Assembly: GCF_009914755.1 (NCBI RefSeq)
Contig: NC_060934.1
DNA length: 64,000 bases
Reading direction: 5' to 3' (one strand)
Source of the DNA: the human T2T-CHM13v2.0 reference genome, Homo sapiens
Shown: one piece after another, positions 1-17,834 of the stretch
Position numbering within the stretch: position 1 is the first letter of the stretch
How the letters are laid out: each line of letters starts with the position of its first letter
Program-made: the position numbers and the translations under genes
The notes under the pieces: generated by a model
The model's database searches: none
What the model saw: only the letters and a program-made list of their open reading frames with translations
Told to the model about the DNA's origin: nothing

Positions 1-665
1 AATTTAGCCACTTCAGAGGTCTTGTTCCCCATAATTTGGAAGTTTCCTTTGGATTTGATCAAGTTGGATAGAGTTGATCAATCACAACGGGGAAAAGACT
101 GAAACAACAACAAAAACAGAAACAAACAGACAACAACAACAAAAATAATTAAGCAAAACAAAGATGGCACAACTTATGCAACTACTGAGTGCTGTAATGG
201 TAAAGAGAAATTACAACCAACTGGTTGTTAATCTTGACCTTAGCCAAGACAAACCGCATTTCAGTTACCCATCCTTAGGTAAGGCATGGGTCTCAGGCTG
301 AAGACTGCTCTTTACCATCCTAGAAGCAGGAAAAAACTCAAATTTGTCTTCCCCATTGGACGCAAGCTCAAACTCCATAAAGGAGTTACCTGCATTTTAT
401 CATCATCGAAGCAGGAAAAACTTGCCTTTCTTGTGTTGGAAGCTAGTAAAACTCCAAAAAAAGGAGTTGTACAGCAAAATAAACTTTAGATCTTGACCAA
501 ATTTTGAAAGATCAGTGATTCTCTGGAGGGGTTGCTTCCAGGTCTCAGCAAATTGTCCTATTGGTTTGAGCCATAAAGATAGTTCAAGCTAGTACCGAGC
601 ACTGATAGGAGATTTGTCAAAGGTCAGGGGCACCTCCACCCAGAATCCCTTCATGGTTGCCAAAA
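1..665 (-). mobile_element. ERV1 (MER4-group) internal 5' leader sequence, continuing off the left edge
   Basis: Lies immediately 3' (on minus) of a MER4A-type LTR and begins with a primer-binding site. Confidence 0.7.
645..662 (-). other. Retroviral primer-binding site, complementary to the tRNA-Arg(TCG)-type 3' end
   Basis: Minus strand reads TGGCAACCATGAAGGGAT 3 nt after the LTR end. Plus strand ATCCCTTCATGGTTGCCA resembles a tRNA-Arg 3' end plus CCA with one CpG-type change (tRNA identity from memory). Confidence 0.7.
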
Positions 666-1115
666 TGTGAGCCTTGAATATCTGAGAAAGGTCTCAGTTA
701 ATTTAGAAAGTTTATTTTGCCAAGATTGAGGATGCACACCTGTGACACAGCCTCAGGAGGTCCTGATGACATGTGCCCAAGGTAGTCAGGGCACAGCTTG
801 GTTTTATACATTTTAGGGAGACATGAGACATCAATCAATATATGGAAGATATACATTGGTTCTGTCAAGAAAGGTGGGACAGCTCAAGCAGCAAGAAGGC
901 TTCCAGGTCACAGGTAGGTGAGAGACAAATGGTTACATTCTTCTGAGTTTCTGATTAGCCTTTCCAAAGGAGGCAATCAGATATGCATTTATCTCAGTGA
1001 ACAGAGGGATGACTTTGAATAGAATAGGAGGCAGGTTTGCCCTAAGCAGTTTCCAGCTTGACTTTTCCCTTTAGCTTAGTGATTTTGGGGCCCCAAGATT
1101 TATTTTCCATTCACT
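666..1115 (-). mobile_element. MER4A/MER4A1-type LTR (5' LTR of an ERV1 provirus remnant)
   Basis: Minus strand begins GTGAATGGAAAATAAATCTTGGGGCCCCAAAATCACTAAGCTAAAGGGAAAAGTCAAGCTGG and ends ...CTCAGATATTCAAGGCTCACA, matching recalled MER4A termini; followed by a primer-binding site. Confidence 0.8.
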
Positions 1116-1195
1116 GTGTGTGTGTGTTTGTGTAGGTATACATACATATATGTGTGTATATATATATATATATACACACACACACAAACAAACAA
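1115..1195. repeat. Compound (TG)n/(TA)n/(CA)n microsatellite
   Basis: Directly visible dinucleotide runs. Confidence 0.9.
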
Positions 1196-1576
1196 ATGAA
1201 AAATCTCATTAAGAACAGCAAGCGGTATGGTATTTTTAACTTGCCCTATTCTATTCTCATCCCCTCCTCACTGGCTCCACTGCAGCCTTGAAAATTAACA
1301 GAATGGGATTGGTGAGAGAGGGCATGCTTGTCTTGTGTCGGTTTTCAGTGGGAATGCTTCCAGTTTTTGCCCATTCAGTAAGATGTTGGCTGTGGATTTG
1401 TCATACATGGCTCTTGTTATTTTGAGGTATGTTCCTTCAATATCTAGTTTATTGAGAATTTTTAACGTGAATGGGTGTTGATTTTTATTAAAAGCCTTTT
1501 CTTCATCTATCGAGATAATCATGCGGTTTTTGTCTTTAGTTTTCTTTATATGACAAATCACATGTATTGATTTGTA

Positions 1577-2335
1577 TTTTTTTTTTTTTTTGAGACGGAG
1601 TCTTGCTCTGTCGCCCAGGCTGGAGTGCAGTGGCGTGATCTCGACTCACTGCAAGCTCCGCCTCCTGGGTTCACACCATTCTCCTGCCTCAGCCTCCTGA
1701 GTAGCGGGGATTACAGGTGCCTGCTACCACACCCAGCTAATTTTTTTTATTTTTAGTAAGGGAAGAGACCACCCCTCATATTGTCTTATGCCCGATTTCT
1801 GCCTCCAAAGAAAGAAAAAGTAAAAACTAAAAGGGAGAAGTGAAATCCACAAGCAGACAGCCTGGTGCCACACCCTGGGCCTGGTAGTTAAAGATCGACC
1901 CCTGACTTAATCAGTTATGTTATCTATAGATTACAGACATTGTATAGAAAAGCACTGTGAAAATCTCTATCCCGTTTTGTTCCAATCTAATTACTGGTGC
2001 ATGCAGCCCCCAGTCATGTACCCCCTGCTTGCTCAATCAATCATGACCCTCTTGCGTGCACCCACTTAGAATTGTGAGCCCTTATAAAGGACAAGAGTTG
2101 CTCACTCAGGGAGCTTGCCTCTTGAGACAGGAGTCTTGCTGATGCCCCCAGCCGAATAAACCCCTTCCTTCTTTAACTTGGTGTCTGAGTTTTGTCTGCA
2201 GCTTATCCTGCTACATTAGTAGAGATGGGGTTTCACTGTGATAGCCAGGATGGTCTTGATCTCTTGACCTGATGATCTGCCCGCCTCAGCCTCCCAAAGT
2301 GCTAGAATTACAGATGTGAGCCACTGTACCCGGCC
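1577..2335 (-). mobile_element. Alu inserted in the L1 and itself split by an LTR2
   Basis: Alu arms on either side of 1757-2215; ATTTGTAT repeated at both flanks. Confidence 0.9.
1757..2215 (+). mobile_element. LTR2 (HERV-E/Harlequin family) solo LTR
   Basis: TAAGGGAAGAGACCACCCCTCATATTGTCTTATGCCC...AATAAACCCCTTCCTTC...CCTGCTACA; 4-bp TSD TTAG (1753-1756 / 2216-2219). Confidence 0.85.
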
Positions 2336-2808
2336 CAATTTGTATATGTTGAACCAACCTTGCATCCCAGGGATAAAGCCTACTTAACTGTGATGGGTAA
2401 GCTTTTTGATGTGCTGCTGGATTCAGTTTGCTGAGTTTTGTTGAGAATTTTTGCGTTGATGTTCACCAAGGATATTTGCCTGAAGTTTCCTTTTTTTGTT
2501 GTGTCTCTGCCAGGTTTTGGTATCAAGATGATGCTGGCCTCACAGAATGAATTATGAAGGAGAAAGAGTCCCTCCTCCTCACTTTTTTGGAATAGTTTCA
2601 GCAGGAATGGTACTAGCTCTTCTTTGTACATCTGGTAGAATTCAGCTGTAAATCTGTCTGGTCTTGGGCTTTTTTTGTTGTTGTTAGGCTATTTGTTACT
2701 GATTCAATTTCAGAGCTCATTCATTATTGGTCTGTTCAGGGATTCAATTTTTCCCTTGATCAGTCTTGGGAGGCTGTATGTGTCCAGGAATTTGTCCAAT
2801 TCTTCTAG

Positions 2809-3144
<336 letters not shown>

Positions 3145-6100
3145 TAGATTTTCCTGTGTGTGCATAGAGGTATTCATAATATTCTCTGATGGTTATTTGT
3201 ATTTCTTTGGAGTCAGTGGTAATATCTTCTCCATTGTTTCTGATTATGTGTATATGGATTTTCTCTCTTATTAGTCTAGCTAGCAGTCTTTCTATTTTAT
3301 TGATTCTTTTCAAAAAAATCAACTCCTGGATTCATCGATCTTTTGAATACTTTTGTGTTTCAATCTCCTTCAGTTCTGATTTTGGTTATTTATTGTCTTC
3401 TGGCTTTGGGGCTGGTTTTCTCTTGGTTCTTTTATTATTTTAGTTGTGATGTTAGGTTGTTAAATTGAGATATTTCTAACTTTTTGATGTGGGCATTTAG
3501 TGTTGTAAATATCCATCTTAAAACTGCTTTGGTTGTGTCCCAGAGATTCTGGTATGTTGTATCTTTTTTTCTCATTCATTTCAAAGAACTTCTTAATTTT
3601 GGCCTTAAGTTAATTATTTACCCAGAAGTCATTTAGGAGCAGGTTATTCAGTTTCCATGTAATTGTATGATTTTGAGTGAATTTCTTAGTCTTGATTTCT
3701 AATTTGATTTCACTATGGGCTGAGAGGTTGGTTGTTATGATTTGAGTTCTTCTGCATTTGCTGAGGAGTATTTTGTGTATGATTCTGTGACTGATTTTGG
3801 AGTATGTGTCATGTGGTGATGAGAATGTATATTCTGTTATTTTTGTGAGGAGAGTTCTGTAGATGTCTATCAAGTCCATTTGATCCAGTGCTGAGTTCAA
3901 GTCCCGAATATCATTGTTAATTTTCTGCCCCAGTGATGTATCTATTACTGTCAGTGAGATGTTAAAATCTCCCACTACTATTGTGTGGGAGTCTAAGTCT
4001 CTTTGAAGGTCTCTAAGAACTTGCTTTATGAATCTGGGTGCTCCTGTTTTGGATGCATAAATACTAATACTTAGAATAGTTAAGTTTTCTTGTTCAATTG
4101 AACACTTTACCATTATGTAATGCCCTTCTTTGTGTTTTTTGGTCTTTGTTGGTTTGTAAAGTTTGTTTTGTCTGAAATTAGGATTGCAGCCCCTGATTTT
4201 TTTCTGTTTTCCATTTGCTTGGTAGATTTTTCTCCATCCCTTTATTTTGATCCAGTGGGTGTCATAGCATGTGAGATGAGTCTCTTGAAGATGGCATACC
4301 AATGAGTCTTAATTCTTTATCCAGATTGCCATGGTGTGCCTTTTAATTGGGGCATTTAGCCCATTTACATTCAAGGTTAGTATTGATATGTGTGGATTTG
4401 ATCTTGTCATCCTGATGTTAGCTGGTTATTACGCAGTCTTGTTTGTGTGGTTGCTTTATGCTGTCACTGCTCTGCATACTTCAGGATGTTTTTGTAGTGG
4501 CTGGTATGGTCTTTCCCTTTCACATTTAGTGCTTCCTTCAGGAGCTTTTGGGCAGATCTTGTCATAACAAATTCTCTCAGCATTTGCTTGTCTGAAAAGG
4601 ATCTTATTCCTCCTTCACTTATGGAGCTTAATTTGGCTGGATATGAAATTCTCAGTTGGAATTTCTTTTTATTAAGAATGTTGAAGATAGGCTGCCTATC
4701 TCTCCTGGCTTGTTGGGGTTCTACTGAGAGGTCCACTGTTAGCCTGATGGGGTCCTTTTGTAGGTGACCTGACCTTTCTCTCTAGCTGCCTTTAACTTTT
4801 TTTTTTCATTTTGACCTCAGAGAATCTAATGAGTATGTGTCTTGGGGATGATCTTCTTGTGAAGTTTCTTACTAGGGTTCTCTGCATTTCCTGAATTTGA
4901 ATGTCGGTCTCTCTAGCTAGGTCGGGGAAGTTCTCATAAATGATATCCTGGAATACACTTCCCAAGTTGCTTATACTCTCTCTATCTCTTTCAGGGACAC
5001 CAGTGAGTCGTAGATCTGGTCTCTTTACATAATCCCACATTTCTCAGAGGTTTTGTTTCTTCCTTTTAATTTTTTTTTCTTCATTCTTGTCTGCGTGTCT
5101 TCTTTCAGAAAGCCAGTCTTCAGCCCCTGAGATACTTTCTTCCACTTGGTCTATTCTGCTATTAATGTAATTCTTGTAGTGTGTTTTTTAGCTCTATCAA
5201 GTTGGCTACATCCTTTTTTGTACTGGCTATTTTTTCTGTTGGCTCTTGCATTGTTTTATCCTGATTCTTAGCTTCCTTAGATTGGCTTTCAACATACTCC
5301 TGCATATCGAAGATCTTCATCCCAATCCATATTCTGAATTCTATTTCTGTCATTTCAGCCATCTCAGCCTGGTTCAAACCCCTTGCTGGAGAGGTGGTGC
5401 AGCCGTTTGGAGGAAAGAAGGCACTCTGGTTTTTTGAGTTGTGAGAGTTCTTGCACTGGTTCTTTTTTATCTTTGCAGGGTTATTTTCCTTCAATCTTTG
5501 AAGCTGCTGACCTTTGGATGGGTTTTTTTCCTTTTATCCTATTTGACGACCTTGAGGGTTTCACTGTGGTATAAGGTGGATTCAGTCAACTGGCTTCATT
5601 TCTGGAAGAGTTTAGAGGACCAACACTGAGCTCCCAACTCCTGGACTGTGTGCTGTAACCCTGGAGGACTTGTATCGAGCCCCAACTTTGTTCTGTCTCC
5701 TCAAGGATAAGAATCCACTGCACTGGGTGAGCCAAGATGCTCTCAGACTGCTGGTCACTACACTCTAACGGGTGATGTCAGCCAAAGCTTTTAGTAGTGC
5801 AGAGACAGTGGAATCCATCCCCATTTGCATGTGCCAGCGGCAGTGGCAGCAGCAGCATGGCTGCAGTAGGGTGCTAGTGGGTGCTGGCATGCCTGCCTCT
5901 GTGGCAGCATTTACCACAGCAGCAAAGGGAACACAGCTGGCAGGGTGGGGGCCCCTTCTGGTGTCTGTGCATGTGGTTGCACCAGTAGTGGTGTTGACAT
6001 GGCAGCAGGGTGCTGGAGAGCGCTCAGGGTAGGGAAGAGTCTGCTGTTCTCTGTGCCTAGTTTCACTTGGAGCAGTGCTGGCAAATGGGTGGGGCACTGG

Positions 6101-7826
6101 CAGGGGAGGGGTTGGGGCTGGCTGGCTCTGTGCCCACCAAGGCTCTGACTACAGTGGTGGTCAGAAGGGAGAGTGGAGCAGACTGCACTCCTGCTGCAGT
6201 ACTTGCAGGGCAGGGTGTACACATACATGCAGGCTGGCAGGACAAGATAAGCAGAAGCTGCCCATGCACACACATGTTGGCAAAGCCATGTGCGGTGTTA
6301 CCGTGGGCCTTGGGGAAGATGCAGTGTAGAAGGAGTGTGTGCACTGGTGTGTGGCCCTGGGAGCTGCCCCGGGGGAGCTCTTCGCATTTCAGGCATGGTC
6401 CACCAGCACTGGAGCTATGATGTGGGCCCCTAGGGTGCTCAAGGCTTCCCTGCAATCAGGCATGGCCAGGCTGGACCCTCAGAGAGGCCAGCGAACCAAG
6501 GAGTGCTCAGGTAGGACCAGCCCTGCCTGATGAGTAAGACTGCATTGCGAAGTTCAGGCCCAGTGGTTCCCTTAGGGTGAAAGTCTCCTATGGGAGCAAG
6601 TTGAGTCTAGGGGTGTGGCTGTCCTTGGCTGTGCTCCACTACAGCTGCTCTCACACCAAACCCTCTGGGTTCATCAGCTGGCTGCTGCCCTGGCTGCTTC
6701 TCCAAGCTTCTCTCCCTTGCAACTCTACTGTCCATGATGCTCAAAGGATCTCCTGCCAGGATTCCAGAGGCTGGACATAAGAAGCATTGCTTCTTGCAAG
6801 TTCAACTCACCCTTTCCCCCAGTCATTGGGGGCCAGGAATGAGTTCCAGGGTGCAGTAGCCCCATGCAGGCCTCCCAGCTTACTACCCCTTTAGCCTAGC
6901 TTCTGTGTCTTCCCTCCATCTACTCTCAGTGCCTTCCCTCTGAAGATCCATTAGTAGTGCACCAGTCAAATCAGTCCCTCGGTGGCAGCTGTTGCACCTG
7001 GCTGCATCTAGTTGGCCATCTTAACATGTATATTTCCATAACTAATTTTTGTGTGTTGATTTTGTACCCTGCAATTTTGCTGAATTAAAATTAGCTCTAG
7101 TAGGTTTATTTGTTTGTTTGCTTTTTGGCTCTGTCACCCAGGCTGGAGTACAGTGGTGCAATCTTTGGCTCACTATAACCTCCACCTCCTGGCTTAAGTG
7201 ATCTTCCCACCTCAGCCTTCTGAGTAGCTGGGACTACAGGTGTGAGCCACCACACCTTGCTAGTTTTTGTACTTTTTGTAGAGATGGGGTTTTGCCATGT
7301 TGCCCAGGCTGGTCTTGAACTCTTGGGCTCAAGCAACCTGCCTGCATTAACATCCCAAAGTGTTGGGATTACAGGTGTGAGCCACCATGCCTGGCCAGTA
7401 GGTTTATGTATGGGTATATGTGTGTGTATGTATTCTCTTTTCTTGTTATAGGTCTATTGAGATTTTCTATTTCTTCTTAAGTCATATTTGGTAATTTGTG
7501 TGTTTCTAGGAATCTACATTTTATCTAGATGTCTAATTTTTGGAATATAATTTTTCATAGTATTGTCTTAAAAATCTTTAAAATTTCTGTAAGATCAGTA
7601 ATAATGTCACCATTTTCTTTCTGATTTTAGTTATTTACTATTCTCTTTTTTTTTCTGAGTCAGTCTAACTAAAGGTTCATCAAATTTGTTTTTTTTTCCC
7701 ATGAACCAACTTTTTGTTTTGACAATTATTTTTCCTCTATTCTCTATTTCATTCTGCTTTAATCTCTAGTATTTCCTTCCTTCAGCTGGCTGTAGGTTTA
7801 GTTAGCTCTTCTTTTACACCTTAGGT

Positions 7827-8505
7827 CAAGCTTGTCCAACATGCAGCCCAGGATAACTTTGAATGCAGCCCAACACAAATTCATAAACTTTACAAATAAC
7901 AGAAAACAGTATGAGATTTTCTTGAGGTTTTTTTTTTTTTTTTTTTTTAGTTCATCACCTATTGTTAGGGTTAGTGCATTTTATGTGTGGCCCCGTAGCA
8001 GGACGAGCTGCAGACAAAACTACTCAGACACTGAGTTAAAGAAGGAAGGGGTTTATTCGGCTGGGGGCATCAGCAAGACTCCTGTCTCAAGAGCGAAGCT
8101 CCTTAAGTGAGCAATTCCTGTCCCTTTTAAGGGCTCACATCTCTAAGGGGGTGCGCATGAGAGGGTCGTGATCGATTGAGCAAGCAGCAGGTGTGTGACT
8201 GGGGGCTGCATGCCCTGGCAATTAAGAACAAAACAGGACAGGGATTTTCACAGTGCTTTTCTATACAATGTCTGTAATCTATAGATAACATAACCGATTA
8301 GGTCAGGGGTCGATCTTTAACTACCAGGCCCAGGGTGTGGCGCTGGGCTGTCTGCTTGTGGATTTCATTTCTGCCTTTTAGTTTTTTCTCTTTCTTTCTT
8401 TGGAGGCAGAAACTGGGCATAAGACAATATGAGGGGTGGTCTCCTCCCTTAGCCCAAGACAATTATTCTTCCAATGTGGCCAGGGAAACCAAAAGGTTAA
8501 ATACC
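7827..8505. mobile_element. MER30 (hAT-Charlie DNA transposon) split by an LTR2
   Basis: CAAGCTTGTCCAAC...GCAGCCCAACACAAATTC...TTTTATGTGTGGCCC|AAGACAATT...CCAATGTGGCCAGGGAAACCAAAAG; 8-bp CCTTAGGT at 7819-7826 and 8506-8513. Confidence 0.75.
7994..8451 (-). mobile_element. Second LTR2 solo LTR
   Basis: Reverse-complement homologue of 1757-2215; 4-bp TSD GCCC (7990-7993 / 8452-8455). Confidence 0.85.
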
Positions 8506-8875
8506 CCTTAGGTGTAAAGTTAGGTTGTTAATTTGAAATCGTTCCTTTTATCTTTTCTTTTTTTTTTTTTTTTTGAGATGGAGTCTTGCTCTGTCACTAG
8601 GTTTGAGTACAGTGTGCGATCTTGGCTCACTGCAACCTCTGTCCCCCGGGTTCAAGTGATTCCCTTGCCTCAGCCTCCTGAGTAGCTGGGAATACAGGTG
8701 CGCACCACCATGCCCAGCTAATTTTTTGTATTTTAGTAGAGACGGGGTTTCACCATATTGGCCAGGATGGTCTCGATCTCCTGAACTCATGACCCACCCA
8801 CCTCGGCCTCCCAAAGTGTCAGGATTATAGGTGTAAACCACCGTGCCCGGTCTTTTTTTTTTTTTTTAATAAAAT

Positions 8876-9218
<343 letters not shown>

Positions 9219-9437
9219 TAGCCAGGATGGTCGCGATCCACCCGCCTCGGCCTCCCAAAGTGCTGGGATTACAGGCATGAGCCACCGTGACCGTCTGATG
9301 TAAGTATTTCCAGCTATAAGTTTCACTGAGTACCCCTGTCACACCATCTCATAAATTTTGGTATCTTGCATTTTATTTTAATTCATCTGAAAGTATTTCA
9401 ATTTCTCTAGTCATTTCTTCTTTGAGCCACTGGTTAA

Positions 9438-9716
<279 letters not shown>

Positions 9717-9968
9717 TAGAGTTGGGGTTTTGCCATGCTGGCCAGGCTGGTTTCGAACCCCTGACCACAGGTCATCCACCCACCTTGGCCTCCCAAAGTG
9801 CTGGGATTACAGGCATGAGCCACCAAGCCTGGCCTGTTTTTTTTTTTTTTTTTTTTTTTTAAGACAAGTCCCGCTCTGTCCTGCAGGCTGGAGTGTAGTG
9901 GTATGATCTCAGGTCACTGCAGCCTCTGCCTTCCAGGCTCAAGCCATCCTCCTGCCTGAGCCTCCTGA

Positions 9969-10157
<189 letters not shown>

Positions 10158-10339
10158 TAATTTTGACCTTTTAAAATTTATTGAGAATTGTTTTGTGGCC
10201 TAACATATGATTTATCATGGGGAATGTTCCATGTGCACTTGAGAGGAATATATATTCTGCTCTTGTTAGATGGATATCTTTCCATATGTCTGTTAGGTCT
10301 ATTTGGTTTAGTGTGTTGTTCAATTCCTCTAGTTCCTTA

Positions 10340-10656
<317 letters not shown>

Positions 10657-12577
10657 TTATTGTAAAACTATTTCTTCCTTCAATTTTGTTAGACTGTGCA
10701 TTTTAGAGCCCTTTTTTTTTCTTTTTCAGTTCATACGTATTTATAATTGTTACATCTTCTTGTGATTTGACTCTCTTACCAACATACGATGTCTTTCTGT
10801 AACATTTTTTGGCTTAAAATCTATTTTGTCTGGTATTAGTATAGCCACCCCAGCTCTCTTTTGGTTACTATTTGCATGGATTATCTCTTTCCGTCTTTTC
10901 ATTTTGAAACAATTTGTGTCTTGGGTCTACAGTGAGTATTTTGTAAGTTGCATATTTGGATTGTGTATTACATCATTTAAAAAAAATCCATTCTGCCGAT
11001 CTTTCCATTGGTCAGATTATTTACATTTAAAGTGATTACTGAAACAAAAAAGTTAATTGACCGGCATGGTGGCTCCCGCCTGGAGGTGAGGCTGCAGTGA
11101 GCCATGATCGCACCACTGCTCTTCAGCCTGGGGGACAGAGAGATTGACTCAAAAACAAAAAACAAAAACTTACTTATGGTTGGACTCAGGCCTGTAATCC
11201 TATCACTTTGGGATGCTGAGGTGGGCAGATTGCTTGAGCCCAGGCGTTTGAGACCAGTCTGGGCAACATAGCAAGACTCCTGTCTCTACAAAAAATAGAA
11301 AAATAAGCTGGGCATGGTGGTGCACACCTGTGGTTCCAGCTACTCAGGAGGCTGAGGTGGGAGGATCAGCTGAGCCTGCGGAGGTCAAGGTTGTAGTGAG
11401 CCGTGATTGTGCCACTGCACTCCAGCCTGGGCAACAGAGCTAGACCCCGTCTCAAAAAAACCCCAAACAGGCCGGGTGCAGTGGCTCATGCCTGTGCCTG
11501 GCACTTTGGGAGGCCGAGGCAGGTGGGCCACTTGAGGCCAGGAGCTCGAGAGTAGCCTGGCCAATGTAGTGAAACCCTGTCTCTACTAAAAATACAAAAA
11601 ATTACCTGGCTGTGGTGGTGGGCGCCTGCAATCCCAGCTACTCAGGAGGCTGAGTATCACTTGAACTTGGGAGGCAAAGGCTGCAGTGAGCTGAGAATGA
11701 AACACTGCACTCCAGCCTGAGTGACAGAGCAAGACTCTGTCTCAGACAAACCCCAAAAAAGAAAAACAGAAAAACCTATACACCAAAGAACTTACTTACG
11801 TCATCATGCTGTTTAGTTTCTACATGAAGTGTTTTGCTCCTCAGTACCTTCTTTTGTGTTTGGTTAATGATTTATCCTGTAATATTTTGATCCTTTCTTA
11901 AATTCTTTTCTGTATATTTTAAAAGTTATTTTTTTAGTGGCTACTATGAAGATTTCATTTAACATGCTGAGTTCAAAGTCTAGTTCAGACTGATAGCAAC
12001 TCAGCTTCAATAGCATACATTAACTCTGCTCCTTTCTCTGTCCCCTACCTATAGTTAACAAATTATGTCTTTAAACAATTAGTGCCTATTAACATAGATC
12101 CATATTATTTTATGCATTTTTTTTTTTTTGAGAAGGAGTCTCGCTCTGTCGCCCAGGCTGGAGTGCAGTGGCGCAATCTCGGCTCACTGCAAGTTCCGCC
12201 TCCTGGGTTCATGCCATTCTCCTGCCTCAGCCTCCTGAGTAGCTGGGATTACAGGCACCCGCTACCATGCCCAGCTAATTTTTTGTATTTTTAGTAGAGA
12301 CAGGGTTTCACCATGTTAACCAGGATGGTCTCAATCTCCTGACATCATGATCCACCTGCCTCGGCCTCCCAAAGTGCTGGGATTACAGACTTGAGCCACC
12401 GCGCCCGGCCTTTATGCATTTTTTAAATCACAAAGAGGAATAGCATACCCAAAATACAGTAATACTAGCTTTTATATTTAGCGACATAGTTGCATTTACC
12501 AGTGCTCTTTATTTCTTCATATAGCTTTGAGTTACTATCTTGTATCCTTTCATTTTAGCCTGAAGGACTCACTTTAG

Positions 12578-12970
<393 letters not shown>

Positions 12971-14039
12971 TAACCTCCAACTTCTGGTCTCAAGTGAGCA
13001 TCATGAGTAGTTGGAACTACAGATGCATACCACCATGGCCAGTTAATTTTTTAAATTTATATTTTGTAGAGATGGGGTCTATGTTGTCCAGGCTAGTCTT
13101 AAACTGCTGGCTGCAAGCAATCATCCCGCCTCAGCCTCCTGAATAGCTAGGACCACAGGCCTGAGCTACCCTGTCTGGCTAATTATTTTTATTTTGTATA
13201 GATGGGGTCTCCTTACGTCACCCAGGCTGCTTGTGGACTCCTGGCCTCAGGTGATCCCACTTCAGCCTCCCAAAGTGCTGAAATTACAAGCGTGAACCCA
13301 TGCTGAGCTCCCCCAACCCCCCCTTTTTTTTTTGAGATGGAGTCTTGCTCTGTTGTCCAGGCTGGAGTGCAGTGGCACCATCTCAGCTCACTGCAACTTC
13401 CACCTCCCGGACTCAAGCGATTCTTGTGCCTCAGCCTCAGTCAGCTGGGACTACAGGTGCACGCCACCATGCCTAGGTAATTTTTTTGTATTTTTAGTAG
13501 AAATGGGGTTTCACCATATTGGCCAGGCTGCTCTCAAACTCCATCCACCTGCCTTGGCCTCCCAAAGTGCTGAGATTACAGGCGTGAGCCACCATGCCTG
13601 GCCCCAGCTCCACTTTTGCATTCTTTTTTTTTTCTTCCCTGAGAGTAACATGGGGGAGACTTTAGCATTCTTTATAACACAAGTTTACTAATGATAAACT
13701 CCCTTGACTTTTCTGGGACTGTCTTAGTTTCCTTCATTTTTAGAGGTTATTTTTTTTTTTGAAAGATATAGGATTCTTGGTTGACTTTTTGCTGTCAGAA
13801 CTTTTAATATATCATCTGTCAGTGGGAGAGAGGGGAAGAAGTGTCCTACTGCCTTCTGTACTCCGTGATTTCTGATAAGCAACTGTTAATCTTACTGAAG
13901 ATCCCTTGTACAGGATGAATCACTTACCTCTTGCTGCTTTCCTGTCTTTAACTTTCTACAATTTGATAATAATGTGCCTCAGTGTGGATCTCTTTTAGTT
14001 TATCCTGCTTTGAATTTGTTGAGCATCTTGAATGTGTAG

Positions 14040-17398
<3,359 letters not shown>

Positions 17399-17834
17399 TT
17401 ATCCCACATTCACATGACTTAAATCTGCTGCCCCACCATTATTCTAACATTCTGGAACTGGTTTTTGTATCACTTTCCCCCTTACACATTTTAGTAGCCC
17501 ACCTAGAGTGCAGATAGACACCACCATGCTGGGGAAGGGCTCACTATGCCCATATACTGGGGGCCTGTTTATCTGACTGACCCTATGCCAGGAGCATGCA
17601 GAGGCAGAACTGTGACATACGGACAAAGACCAAATGAAAGCCAGGCTTCACACTGGCAGTTAAGTAACTGGTGGAATCAAGTCTAGAATCCAGTTCTGAT
17701 TACAGTTAGTATTCTCTCTTCAATAGTTGTTACATTCTGTGGCTAAATTATTCCACATTAAATCCCCTTTAGTGAAAAACGGCACTAAAAGTTACTTCAC
17801 TATCAGCTTTCAACATTAGAGCCTCTTTCTCAAG

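Noticed and set aside
3610-4302. 230-aa endonuclease-like ORF as an active protein
   Set aside because: Fragment of a frameshifted, Alu-interrupted, 3'-truncated L1 ORF2 with degenerate catalytic motifs.
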